Notes under the pieces: generated by a model
The model's database searches: none
What the model was told of the DNA's origin: nothing
Seen by the model: only the letters and a program-made list of their open reading frames with translations
Shown: positions 41,601 through 48,785 of the stretch, piece after piece
How positions within the stretch are numbered: position 1 is the stretch's first letter
How the letters are laid out: the number at the start of each line of letters is the position of its first letter
Program-made: the position numbers and the translations under genes
Origin: a candidate division TA06 bacterium B3_TA06
GTDB taxonomy: Bacteria; Hydrothermota; Tepidihabitantia; B3-TA06
Reading direction: 5' to 3'
Assembly (NCBI GenBank): GCA_005223075.1
Contig: NJBO01000002.1
Span: 113,221 to 177,220, forward strand
DNA: 64,000 bases

Positions 41601-41832
41601 TATCTACTTTACGCCCGGGGAGAACGTGGAGGCAAGCCTGCGGGTATTTACCATAGATGGGCAGGAGGTGTGGACTCCTGATCCAATTGAGATTGCTCCG
41701 GGCGGAGAACGTTCAGTATTCACCACCGACGTATCCCAGTGGCCTGTGGGTCTTTACATCTTCGTGCTTCAGGCAACCAATGATCAAGGACAAAAAGCAA
41801 AAGTCAAGAAGGTGTTCGCGGTGGTGAGATGA
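38641..41832 (+). CDS. Large FG-GAP/VCBS-repeat + Ig-like-domain surface protein with T9SS C-terminal sorting domain
   Basis: Repeated DLD.DG..D(L/V) FG-GAP motifs. An SbsA-Ig-like segment (DVTAPRVVKVVPRDGE...). C-terminus is ...LRVFTIDGQEVW...GLYIFVLQATNDQGQKAKVKKVFAVVR. Track start 38605 is the TTG of a -35 TTGACA, so I use ATG 38641. Confidence 0.75.
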   Translation: MQVILGLLLLGQLFEPVDAFGGGECYGVACVDLDRDGAYDVIIASNQGIGYYRNLGDMTFEQRRELHPDPPVPARAVLAGDLDNDSDIDLFVATTGQDFLLINQGDDITFQEITVYFPVESSRAAALVDFDADGNLDLFVAAATSRLYHNEGDASFVVVDSFPAGFAVSWADYDSSGWADFALASLDRLSFYRRSLTGEFVRDTTIQVTAPRGLCWFDWGNDGRLELAVADSAGVNILIKPDSAFAIHAIGTETEPSVAVAAGDFDGKPGVDLLFINYGIEDRIYEGPDFISQPEDTISCGTKEARSVALGDLDTLNGMDAVVVGVGGNAIYKSLVSRTNKLIVNLVGRRDVVDGLSNTIAAGTLLRLYEGDTIRGFWEIAAGSGHAGQDAPQKSFPLPDTTGYLLKIEWPRSGVVDSIHLDTFTLPVLIDAYEDITPPLPPSNLKCTSHDTLVWSNDNQVEFEWKAGNDPHGSGLAGYSTLWSKDTLAYPDNEVETSDTFMTVSTDLEGDSCFFFLSSVDSVGNVSTPVRYAPLKLDFHPPDSIELIHPSVYSYVNDTFVRYEWSAGVDTLSGIASYSMEVSNRHDFLGQKADSLLDTQDTFYQSAANLGEMWHYWRLTVKDTAGNTDTIPSQQNDTLGIPFKVDVTAPRVVKVVPRDGEIGIATNITIRVEFSEPMLPSSAEDESNYLIEQDAPLLFEVEQHNPYTYRLNPIQLLDPNTETFVTVHQSVTDLAGNGLAAPYSWSFRTGKAPDLKGPVIDLVVIDPNPTGGHRIVKIQARATDEDNGGGVPIRCVFFIDDSPDTNEMELADGTYNSPVELYTFDLDVDTFEKDSSYLLSFRAMDGSDNWGRIKNDDTLYVTDDVDPPELNLAVLSDTTDLHTGDTLSLEVTSNEPLRSLAVAFSQITEQDSFYSQLSVSIPDDSMFFRVDVHLSGFPAGRIDGAATGRDKGGNLGTTTFGFPLLSGDLLPQEKAFAAPNPASSQVGIYFTPGENVEASLRVFTIDGQEVWTPDPIEIAPGGERSVFTTDVSQWPVGLYIFVLQATNDQGQKAKVKKVFAVVR

Positions 41833-43682
41833 GGCTTTTTCTTCTTCTAATGGCGGGCGTTCCTTCGCAGGGTGTGCGCGAGTTCCTTATCCCCACCTCA
41901 CCCATATCAGCACTCTATGGGGAGGCATTGGTAGCTTCTCACGAGTGTGGTGCGTTTTTTGCCAACCCGGCACTCGCTGTCAGGGAGCCTTACCCTTGCG
42001 TCCACCTTGCACATACCGAGTGGTTTGCATCAACGCGCAGGGAGCGCGTTGATTTTCTCTTACCCAAAACCTGGGGCACGCTGGGGATTGGCGCGAGCGG
42101 CTTTCATGTGTGGGATCTTGAGCATAGGGATGATCCTGACGACGATCCGGAGACCTTTTCGGCATACAATACAGACCTTGTGATCAGGTATGCGCGAGGT
42201 ATAGGAAGATTCGCTCTGGGTGCTGAAGCAGGGGTATTTCTACAACGCATCTATGAATACTCAGCAGCAGGGTTTCATGGATCGCTCGGTGCAAGCTTTA
42301 ACAAGAAGCCATTTTCTGTTGGACTTTCCATAATCAATTTGGGTCCGTCTGTAAAGCTCTCAACCGAAGCCACGCCACTGCCAAGTAGGGTCCAACTGGG
42401 CGCCGCGTGGAACCCTTCGCTACCTTTAAACATCCAGACCGGCCTGTCCTACGCCTTTGACGGATCGTTTAACGCATCGGCAGGGATAGGTGGAGTATTA
42501 TTTAAGATCCTTCACCTACACGCTGGCGGCGGATACGGCACGCGTCCACGTATAGGGGCCGGTGCCTCACTTGAGTTCAAACATCTCCAGATTGCCTACT
42601 GTGCCGTGTTGAGACCGGGAATCGGTCTATCCCACCACATTGGGGTAAACCTAATTTTCCCTCCCAGGCAGCGTGAAGACCCTCTTATGATTGCCATGAT
42701 ACAAACCTCCCAGACGTTCGTGGAGAATGGGAAACGCGACATGCTGAATCGGGATTACCAACACGCCTTACAGCAGTTTGATCTTGCTCTGGTGTGGTAT
42801 CCTGACAACCCCGAGGCCCAGGCCGGTTACAACGAGGCACTGGCAAAAGAACGGGAGCTACAGGTCAGCCTGCATCTTGATGCAGCCCGTGCCTACCGTG
42901 AGACGGAAGGGTATCTGGATGCACTGCGTGAGTACGAGTTCGTGCTTTCTTTAGCCCCTGACAATGCGCTTGCACTCTCCGGAAGGACCGACATGCAGCT
43001 TGAAATGGAACAGATACCTATACTTGCAAGGGGGCAACTTCCCGAAGATGCAGTTAGACTATTCGAGGCAGGTGTGGAAGCCTTTCACAACGATCGTTTC
43101 AAGGAGGCGCTCGCCTATTGGCAGGAGATCAAGGAGCGCTTCACATACATTGAGGAGATCGATCCCTTCCTGGATCTGGCCGCAGAACGCCGCGATGAGA
43201 AGATAGACAGCCTTCTGCTCGACTCCTACGCCGCACGTGAAGGGGGTGCGTTGCGCCAGGCTCTGGAGTTGGTGGAGCAGGTGCTGAAGATCGATCCCAC
43301 AGAGAGAAGAGCCCATACCCATCGTGAGGAACTCACAAGTCTCATCCACAGAAGGACCTCAGATCTGCTCGTAGAAGCAATCGAGCACTTCGATTCAAGA
43401 CGCTATGAGCTCGCGGCAGAAACCTTCAATAGGATCCTTGCCTTGGAACCCGCCAATCCCATAGCCCAACGCTACCTTAACCGCTTGCAAAAGGAAGAAA
43501 GGCTCAAACACAAGGATCTTGGCCAGCTTAACGTAAGCGCTACCAATGCCTACACTTCGGGGGACTACGAGACAGCCATCCGTATATGGGAACAGATACT
43601 TGCCGTAGACTCCACCTTTGCCAATGTTCAGCGAAACCTTGAACGCGCCAGGCGGAAAAAAAACATGCTTCGATCCCCTTGA
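41829..43682 (+). CDS. Fusion of a PorV/PorQ-like (UPF0164-type) outer-membrane beta-barrel with C-terminal TPR repeats
   Basis: N-terminal ~280 aa has alternating beta-strand patterns and ALYGEALVAS....AFFANPALA resembling the PorV-family N-terminal motif (from memory). The C-terminal ~330 aa is TPR-like. ATGA overlap with the upstream T9SS cargo gene. Confidence 0.5.
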   Translation: MRLFLLLMAGVPSQGVREFLIPTSPISALYGEALVASHECGAFFANPALAVREPYPCVHLAHTEWFASTRRERVDFLLPKTWGTLGIGASGFHVWDLEHRDDPDDDPETFSAYNTDLVIRYARGIGRFALGAEAGVFLQRIYEYSAAGFHGSLGASFNKKPFSVGLSIINLGPSVKLSTEATPLPSRVQLGAAWNPSLPLNIQTGLSYAFDGSFNASAGIGGVLFKILHLHAGGGYGTRPRIGAGASLEFKHLQIAYCAVLRPGIGLSHHIGVNLIFPPRQREDPLMIAMIQTSQTFVENGKRDMLNRDYQHALQQFDLALVWYPDNPEAQAGYNEALAKERELQVSLHLDAARAYRETEGYLDALREYEFVLSLAPDNALALSGRTDMQLEMEQIPILARGQLPEDAVRLFEAGVEAFHNDRFKEALAYWQEIKERFTYIEEIDPFLDLAAERRDEKIDSLLLDSYAAREGGALRQALELVEQVLKIDPTERRAHTHREELTSLIHRRTSDLLVEAIEHFDSRRYELAAETFNRILALEPANPIAQRYLNRLQKEERLKHKDLGQLNVSATNAYTSGDYETAIRIWEQILAVDSTFANVQRNLERARRKKNMLRSP

Positions 43683-43740
43683 CCTGGCTAAAAATCCGCT
43701 TAGACTCACGAGTAAAATCATAGAGACTGAGAGGTGAAAG

Positions 43741-44118
43741 ATGAAAAAGATAGCCCTCGTGGCCACGATTGTGCCCTTACTTATAATATCCCTGGGATGT
43801 GCAGGACCACCGCCTCCTGAACTGATCTACCCTGAGGACGGTGGAATCCTGCTCAACCTGCCCTTCACCTGGTCAACCGTGCCTGAAGCCGAAAACTACC
43901 TCTTCGAGATCGCCACAGACCAGGTCTTCGCAAGTGTTATCCTCGATGAAGTCCTCACAGACAACACCTACCAGATTCAAAACACTGAGATTTTCCAGAC
44001 AGGCATCACGATGTACTACTGGCACGTTTACGCCGGAGACGGCGAGAACTGGGGCGAGGCCTCGGAGACCTGGATGTTTACCATAACCAGCGGAGGCAAG
44101 TCTTGGGGAAGCTTTTGA
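43741..44118 (+). CDS. Small lipoprotein with Fn3-like beta-sandwich domain (paralogue 1)
   Basis: Lipobox LIISLGC. LIYPEDGGILLNLPFTWSTVPEAENYLFEIATDQVF...YYWHVYA. Confidence 0.6.
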   Translation: MKKIALVATIVPLLIISLGCAGPPPPELIYPEDGGILLNLPFTWSTVPEAENYLFEIATDQVFASVILDEVLTDNTYQIQNTEIFQTGITMYYWHVYAGDGENWGEASETWMFTITSGGKSWGSF

Positions 44119-44492
44119 TGAAAGCCTTTGCCGCTGCATTCGTTGTGCTGATTTTCTCAACGGTTGCCTGTCTGATAAGCCCTGACGCACCAGGCCTTCT
44201 TTACCCACCCGACGGCGACACCATCTCAGGCAGCCAGGTTACGTTCTCGTGGAGCGCGGTCGAGGACGCAACATACTACAAGCTTGAGATAGCCTCGGAC
44301 GAGTACTTTACGAGCACGGCCTTGAGCGAGGACTCGGTTGACGCCACGTCCTACACGGTGGATTTGGAGTATGAGACCAGTCCGCTTAACGGTCAGAGCA
44401 CCTACTACTGGCACGTGGCGGCTTTTAAGGAGGGTTGGGGCTCCTGGTCCGGGGTGCGCAGCTTCTACAACGCCAACCAGGAACACCCGTAA
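44118..44492 (+). CDS. Small lipoprotein with Fn3-like beta-sandwich domain (paralogue 2)
   Basis: TGATG overlap. MKAFAAAFVVLIFSTVAC lipobox. LLYPPDGDTISGSQVTFSWSAVEDATYYKLEIASDEYF...YYWHVAA. Confidence 0.6.
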   Translation: MKAFAAAFVVLIFSTVACLISPDAPGLLYPPDGDTISGSQVTFSWSAVEDATYYKLEIASDEYFTSTALSEDSVDATSYTVDLEYETSPLNGQSTYYWHVAAFKEGWGSWSGVRSFYNANQEHP

Positions 44493-44665
44493 CCCGTCGC
44501 GCGTCACTATGATGCAGGACGAAGAAGGCGGCTAAGAAGAAGGGGATTAAGATTCCTATGAAGCGATCCCCCTTCAATTCCCCCTTAATAAGGGGGACAT
44601 AGGGGGATTGTCATTACGAGCGACTGACGACCGCAGGGAGGAAGGACGAAGCAATCTCAGAGGGG

Positions 44666-44694
44666 TTGACATAACCTTAGTTTAAGAGTATATT
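44666..44694 (+). promoter_or_regulatory. Promoter TTGACA-17-TATATT for the HEPN cassette
   Basis: TTGACATAACC at 44666 and TATATT at 44689-44694. AGGAGG is at 44705, 5 nt before ATG 44716. Confidence 0.55.
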
Positions 44695-44715
44695 TGGGGG
44701 AAATAGGAGGTTAGC

Positions 44716-45420
44716 ATGGCTTTAACGAAACAGCAGAAACTTCAAGTCTTTCGTATCATTGAGGAAGCGGAAGAAGGTGTAAATCTCAATAGAATTATAG
44801 ATGGAACATTGAAAGACGTGATCCGAGGTAGTGGCTCTTCACCTGAATTTGGGTACGATAAAGTGGAAGCATCTAAAGAAGAAATCCGGTCATACTGGCA
44901 AGAACTTCAAACTAAAGGGTATATTATTCCCATAAATAATTACACTAAGGACTGGTTCAAGCTTTCACCAAAAGGCAAAAATTATTGCGAAAGACTAAAG
45001 GCTTCACAAACGGAACCACTTGATGTTGATCTGGACTCCGTGATTTTCCATGAGCAGCTTCGGGAAGAAATAAGGACTCTCTTTGAAGATGGCGAATATG
45101 CAGAGTGTGTGGTTAAGGGTGCAAGATTGCTAGAACGCCTGCTCCGAAACAAAACGGGGTCACCTACTGATGTAAAAGGGGTTGGGTTAGCTTCATTAGC
45201 TTTCAAGCCTGAGGAAGGTGAGCTAATTGCACCATATTGCCAAGAAAAAAGTCACGAAGAAGGCTTTCACTGTTTATACTTAGGTGCTATTAAGTTTATT
45301 CGGAATCTAGCCATCCATCATTCAGAAACATTAAACGATCAGATTGATAATCTGCAAATGCTTATCTTCCTTGATCTTCTTTTTCGACTATTGGAGAAGT
45401 CAAAACCCAGGAAACCATGA
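44716..45420 (+). CDS. wHTH-like N-terminal domain + TIGR02391/Hypoth_Ymh-like HEPN domain (RNxxxH)
   Basis: AT-rich ORF. The C-terminal half EDGEYAECVVKGARLLERLLRNKTG...GVGLASLAF...EEGFHCLYLGAIKFIRNLAIHH follows the TIGR02391 pattern as I recall it (...G...L..G....[IL]RN..AH). Confidence 0.6.
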   Translation: MALTKQQKLQVFRIIEEAEEGVNLNRIIDGTLKDVIRGSGSSPEFGYDKVEASKEEIRSYWQELQTKGYIIPINNYTKDWFKLSPKGKNYCERLKASQTEPLDVDLDSVIFHEQLREEIRTLFEDGEYAECVVKGARLLERLLRNKTGSPTDVKGVGLASLAFKPEEGELIAPYCQEKSHEEGFHCLYLGAIKFIRNLAIHHSETLNDQIDNLQMLIFLDLLFRLLEKSKPRKP

Positions 45421-45917
45421 TGATGGTTGAACTGCTTGTGAGCACGATAGCAGGCGCTATTGTTGGTGGAATACTTGTGTTTGTTTCGACGTGGTTATTT
45501 GACATAATCAAAATAAGGCCGCGATTCGGCGTTCAAGTTCCTGCAGCCTCTAAGTATCATTCTACCGGAAGACGCAAAGGAGAAGACGTTATCGCATGGA
45601 AAATACAATTGACTTTATTGAAGGGACAGTTCCCAATTATCCATGGGGTTCAACTATTAAATAAACAGAAAACCCCATGTTTGCTTTATAGTGACAATAC
45701 GACAGAACACATGCCTACTGGGGATACTTACATTCGATCGTATAAAATAAGACCAGTTGAATCTAAAGAAACGATTAATCCTGCTGTTTCCTTCAGGGCT
45801 AATTGTGCAATGGAGGAAAAACCATATTACTTAAAACTCTATTTTAATTTGAACAAACGTAAGATTATTAAAATCCCCCCAATCGAAATTGAGAAGTACC
45901 TAGAAGATTGGCAATAA
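45417..45917 (+). CDS. N-terminally membrane-anchored protein of unknown function, translationally coupled to the HEPN gene
   Basis: ATGA overlap. The TM helix is LLVSTIAGAIVGGILVFVSTWLF, followed by a ~135-aa beta-rich soluble part. AT-rich. Confidence 0.6.
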   Translation: MMMVELLVSTIAGAIVGGILVFVSTWLFDIIKIRPRFGVQVPAASKYHSTGRRKGEDVIAWKIQLTLLKGQFPIIHGVQLLNKQKTPCLLYSDNTTEHMPTGDTYIRSYKIRPVESKETINPAVSFRANCAMEEKPYYLKLYFNLNKRKIIKIPPIEIEKYLEDWQ

Positions 45918-46027
45918 TCTAATCCCTTGACATCCCCACCCTCCTTCAGTCCTCTCAACCAAAAACAAAGGAGGCACGCATCAATAATCACCACCCCATA
46001 CCGTTCATACCCGTTGGCGCGGGGCAC

Positions 46028-46102
46028 TCGCCTGGCGTGTATTTCTTCAGGATTGAGGGTGACGCGTCAGCTACCACTCAAAAGGTGATCCTGATCCATT
46101 AA
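46028..46102 (+). pseudogene. Decapitated T9SS C-terminal-domain remnant (last ~24 codons)
   Basis: ...SPGVYFFRIEGDASATTQKVILIH*, with stop at 46100-46102. The frame is open back to 45923 but lacks any recognisable upstream domain or start. Confidence 0.5.
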
Positions 46103-46165
46103 CTCCCCCTCCCTGGTGGCGAAGTGCCCCCGTCGGGTAAGGGGGATAAGGGGGGAGGGGATTCA

Positions 46166-46296
46166 CCCCAAAAACCCTCAAAAATACCCCAAAATCGCCC
46201 CATTTTTGTCCAACTTTTGTCCAACTTTTGACCAGCTTTTGACCATCTTTTGACCAGCTTTTTTGCGACGAGTTGCACTCAAACCTGACGAGTTGG
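46166..46296. repeat. Phased A-tracts + five tandem 11-bp iterons (G[AT]CCAnCTTTT) + 2x GACGAGT; copy 2 of 2
   Basis: Iterons lie at 46208, 46219, 46230, 46241 and 46252. Tail is GCGACGAGTTGCACTCAAACCTGACGAGTTGG. Same orientation as 555-663. Confidence 0.85.
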
Positions 46297-46409
46297 AACA
46301 ATAGAATGGGGCGAGCAGATGTCGCGAGCAGGGGGTGTTTAATTGTTCTTCCACCCGTAACACACCTCCCTATCACGCTGAAGGAGTGTATGTTACGGTG
46401 TGTTACGGG

Positions 46410-46437
46410 TTGACAGGTCGGTTTTAGCACTTATTAT
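46410..46437 (+). promoter_or_regulatory. Promoter TTGACA-16-TATTAT, 5 nt from ATG 46443 (leaderless)
   Basis: TTGACA at 46410-46415 and TATTAT at 46432-46437. Tandem TGTTACGG motifs abut the -35. Confidence 0.55.
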
Positions 46438-46442
46438 CCGCA

Positions 46443-47000
46443 ATGGAGGATCGGCTCCGCATCAACGCAGAGGACATAGCTTTAGTAGAGCGTGTCCTTG
46501 CCGACAACCGCTCGGCGCAGCGCGAGCTGGTGCGCCGCTATCAGGGACCGATCTTTGCATACATCTACCGCTGGCTGCGCAACCGCGCAGACGCCGAAGA
46601 CCTGACCCAGGACGTATTCCTCAAGATGTTTCGAGCGCTTGGCACCTACTCCCGCAAATCAAGCTTCCGCGCATGGCTCTACCGCATCGCCCGCAACCGG
46701 GTCATAGATTTCATTAGGCGCAAGAAACCGGCAGCAATCGATATAGATAAGGTGGTGATAGCCGGTGAGGACTCACCGGTCAAGACCTATAGCCGTGCCG
46801 CGACAACAGAAACCCTTGAGGACACGATCGCTGAACTGCCGCCGATCTACAGTGAGGTTCTGCTTCTAAGGCACAAAGATGAGTTGACTTACGAAGAGAT
46901 AGTAGATGCAACCGGCCTGGCCCTGGGAACGGTAAAGGCGAGGTTGCATCGTGGCAGGGCCTTGCTGCGAAAAAAACTTGACGAGGTGAAACCTTTATGA
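46443..47000 (+). CDS. ECF sigma-70 family factor
   Basis: Region 2 is ADAEDLTQDVFLKMFRALGTYSRKSSFRAWLYRIARN. Region 4 is DELTYEEIVDATGLALGTVKARLHRGR. Confidence 0.9.
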   Translation: MEDRLRINAEDIALVERVLADNRSAQRELVRRYQGPIFAYIYRWLRNRADAEDLTQDVFLKMFRALGTYSRKSSFRAWLYRIARNRVIDFIRRKKPAAIDIDKVVIAGEDSPVKTYSRAATTETLEDTIAELPPIYSEVLLLRHKDELTYEEIVDATGLALGTVKARLHRGRALLRKKLDEVKPL

Positions 47001-47554
47001 CTAAAACACCGTCTGCCAATGTGATGGACTGTGCACAGACCAGACGATGGGTCCAGCTAAAACTGGATGGCGAAGGACTACCCCCGGAGCTAAAAGGGGC
47101 CTTTGAGGGGCATCTGGCATCGTGCGTAAGATGTGCTACGTGGGTCGCCAAGATGGAGACTATGATCGCCAAATTAGCCAGGCTGCGTGAACCCAGGCCC
47201 TCTTTCGGATTCGAAGCCAGGCTTATGCGGGCGCTCGGCCTTGCTCCTTTGCCCTTGTGGCTGCGATGGGCCGCGGGCGTGGCTCTTGGACTGGCAGGTG
47301 CCTGGAGTGTTGTCTTACTTCTGGTTGGAGAGAACGCCGTTTTCCATGTCCGCGAGGGTCTTTACCTAGTTCCGCGTGCACTGCACCTTAGTAAACTTAT
47401 CTCTTACCTGCGCCCCAATCTTGCCGAATACCTCCCCGGTATACTGAGCGCAGCGTCTATACTGCTTGGAGCGTTAGTAATACTACTTGTCCTGGGTATC
47501 CTTGCCAGCCGGATGTTGAGCCGAACACGACCGCTTGCGGCAAGGAGCATATAA
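46997..47554 (+). CDS. Anti-sigma factor (zf-HC2) with membrane segments
   Basis: HLASCVRCATWV motif. ATGA overlap with the sigma gene. Has hydrophobic helices. Confidence 0.7.
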   Translation: MTKTPSANVMDCAQTRRWVQLKLDGEGLPPELKGAFEGHLASCVRCATWVAKMETMIAKLARLREPRPSFGFEARLMRALGLAPLPLWLRWAAGVALGLAGAWSVVLLLVGENAVFHVREGLYLVPRALHLSKLISYLRPNLAEYLPGILSAASILLGALVILLVLGILASRMLSRTRPLAARSI

Positions 47555-47567
47555 TTATGGAGGCCAG

Positions 47568-48785
47568 ATGCACCCTTTCCTGTGTTGCCTGACCTTCTTA
47601 ACCCTTATCGCCTCCCCTCCCGAGGCCGAAATTGATATAAGCCTCGAGTCTGCTAAGGATATCTCGGAGAATAGTACCAAAATAGAATGTTGCGCTCACC
47701 TCCCTATTCACTCTGTGCATGCTCGCGTTTCACATGATCATAGACGTAGGAAATCACGGGTTCACATACCGTTTGACTCCGTGCACCCCTACGACATAGC
47801 CATTACTGGCGACGCCACGATAGAAGGAACCGTCGAGGGCGACATAGTAATCTCTGAAGGGATGCTTACGTTAGAAGGAAGCACAGAAGGCGACGTTGTG
47901 CTGATTAGCGGCGATTTCCTTATCTCAGGCGCCATCAAAGGCGACCTGGTAGCGATTGGTGGTGAAAGTGTGGTTTCAGGCAATATAGAGGGAGATGCGG
48001 TGTTCATCGGCGGTGCCCTGGAGCTCGACTCGACCGCAGTGATTGAAGGAGACCTTGTGGTGGTAAGCGTGGAGCTGAAAAGAGACCCTGCAGCGGTAGT
48101 AAAAGGCGATGAGACTGAGGTTTCGCTGGGGCCTTTGGGCAAGATTCTCGCAGGTGTTCTTTCCCGTCGTGTGCCACCAGGGGAAATAGAGGCAGGTAAG
48201 CCTGCCCATGCGTTTGCGTCAGGTATAGTTTTTATTGCTTCGTTTGCTCGTCTAATCTTGATTGCCGTTCTGTATCTTTTGGGTTTGCTTATGCTCCTAG
48301 CCATACCTCGCTGGCAGCACCGTTCAGAGCTGGCCGTGGAGCATGTCATATGGAAGACGGTACTTACAGGTGTAGTTTACCGGCTGGCAGTTGGAGGAAT
48401 CTTCGCCATACTTGCGATTTCTATAATAGGATGGCTGCTTGTGCCTTTAGCCGTGTTAGGGTGGGCTTTTATTGCACTTATGGGCATCCCTCAAGCCTCT
48501 CTGTGGGTTGGACGATGGATCAAGAAGTGGCTTCGATTTTCATTCGAGTCCCGAATCGGGCTTTATTCCCTCGGATTCATAACCATTTACCTCTTAAGCA
48601 TTCTCTCGGCGGTTTTATCGCTTCTCCTTAGAGGAACAAGCCTGCCTGCCCGCATCGTTCACGTGATAGGCTTTCTTCTTATCTTCGGCGTTATGACCGT
48701 GGGGCGAGGCGGCATCATCTATACGCTTATCTTCCCTCGCGAAGTGCGTGCCTTGGAAAAACACCTTAAACAAGGAGCCGAATGA
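47568..48785 (+). CDS. Bactofilin-like (polymer-forming beta-helix) domain fused to a polytopic membrane domain
   Basis: GGAGG-N4-ATG and an N-terminal signal-like MHPFLCCLTFLTLIA. Repeated G.(I/V)EGD(V/L)V units. Five or six TM helices at the C-terminus. Confidence 0.65.
   Translation: MHPFLCCLTFLTLIASPPEAEIDISLESAKDISENSTKIECCAHLPIHSVHARVSHDHRRRKSRVHIPFDSVHPYDIAITGDATIEGTVEGDIVISEGMLTLEGSTEGDVVLISGDFLISGAIKGDLVAIGGESVVSGNIEGDAVFIGGALELDSTAVIEGDLVVVSVELKRDPAAVVKGDETEVSLGPLGKILAGVLSRRVPPGEIEAGKPAHAFASGIVFIASFARLILIAVLYLLGLLMLLAIPRWQHRSELAVEHVIWKTVLTGVVYRLAVGGIFAILAISIIGWLLVPLAVLGWAFIALMGIPQASLWVGRWIKKWLRFSFESRIGLYSLGFITIYLLSILSAVLSLLLRGTSLPARIVHVIGFLLIFGVMTVGRGGIIYTLIFPREVRALEKHLKQGAE

Noticed and set aside
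555-46296. The two iteron/A-tract elements as direct-repeat boundaries of a 45.7-kb mobile element.
   Set aside because: The interval is full of core genes (pyrRBC, fmt, yajC, tRNA-Ala, dapF, feoAB, slt) with host-like composition. It has no integrase or conjugation genes. The copies look like a dispersed regulatory or repeat element instead.
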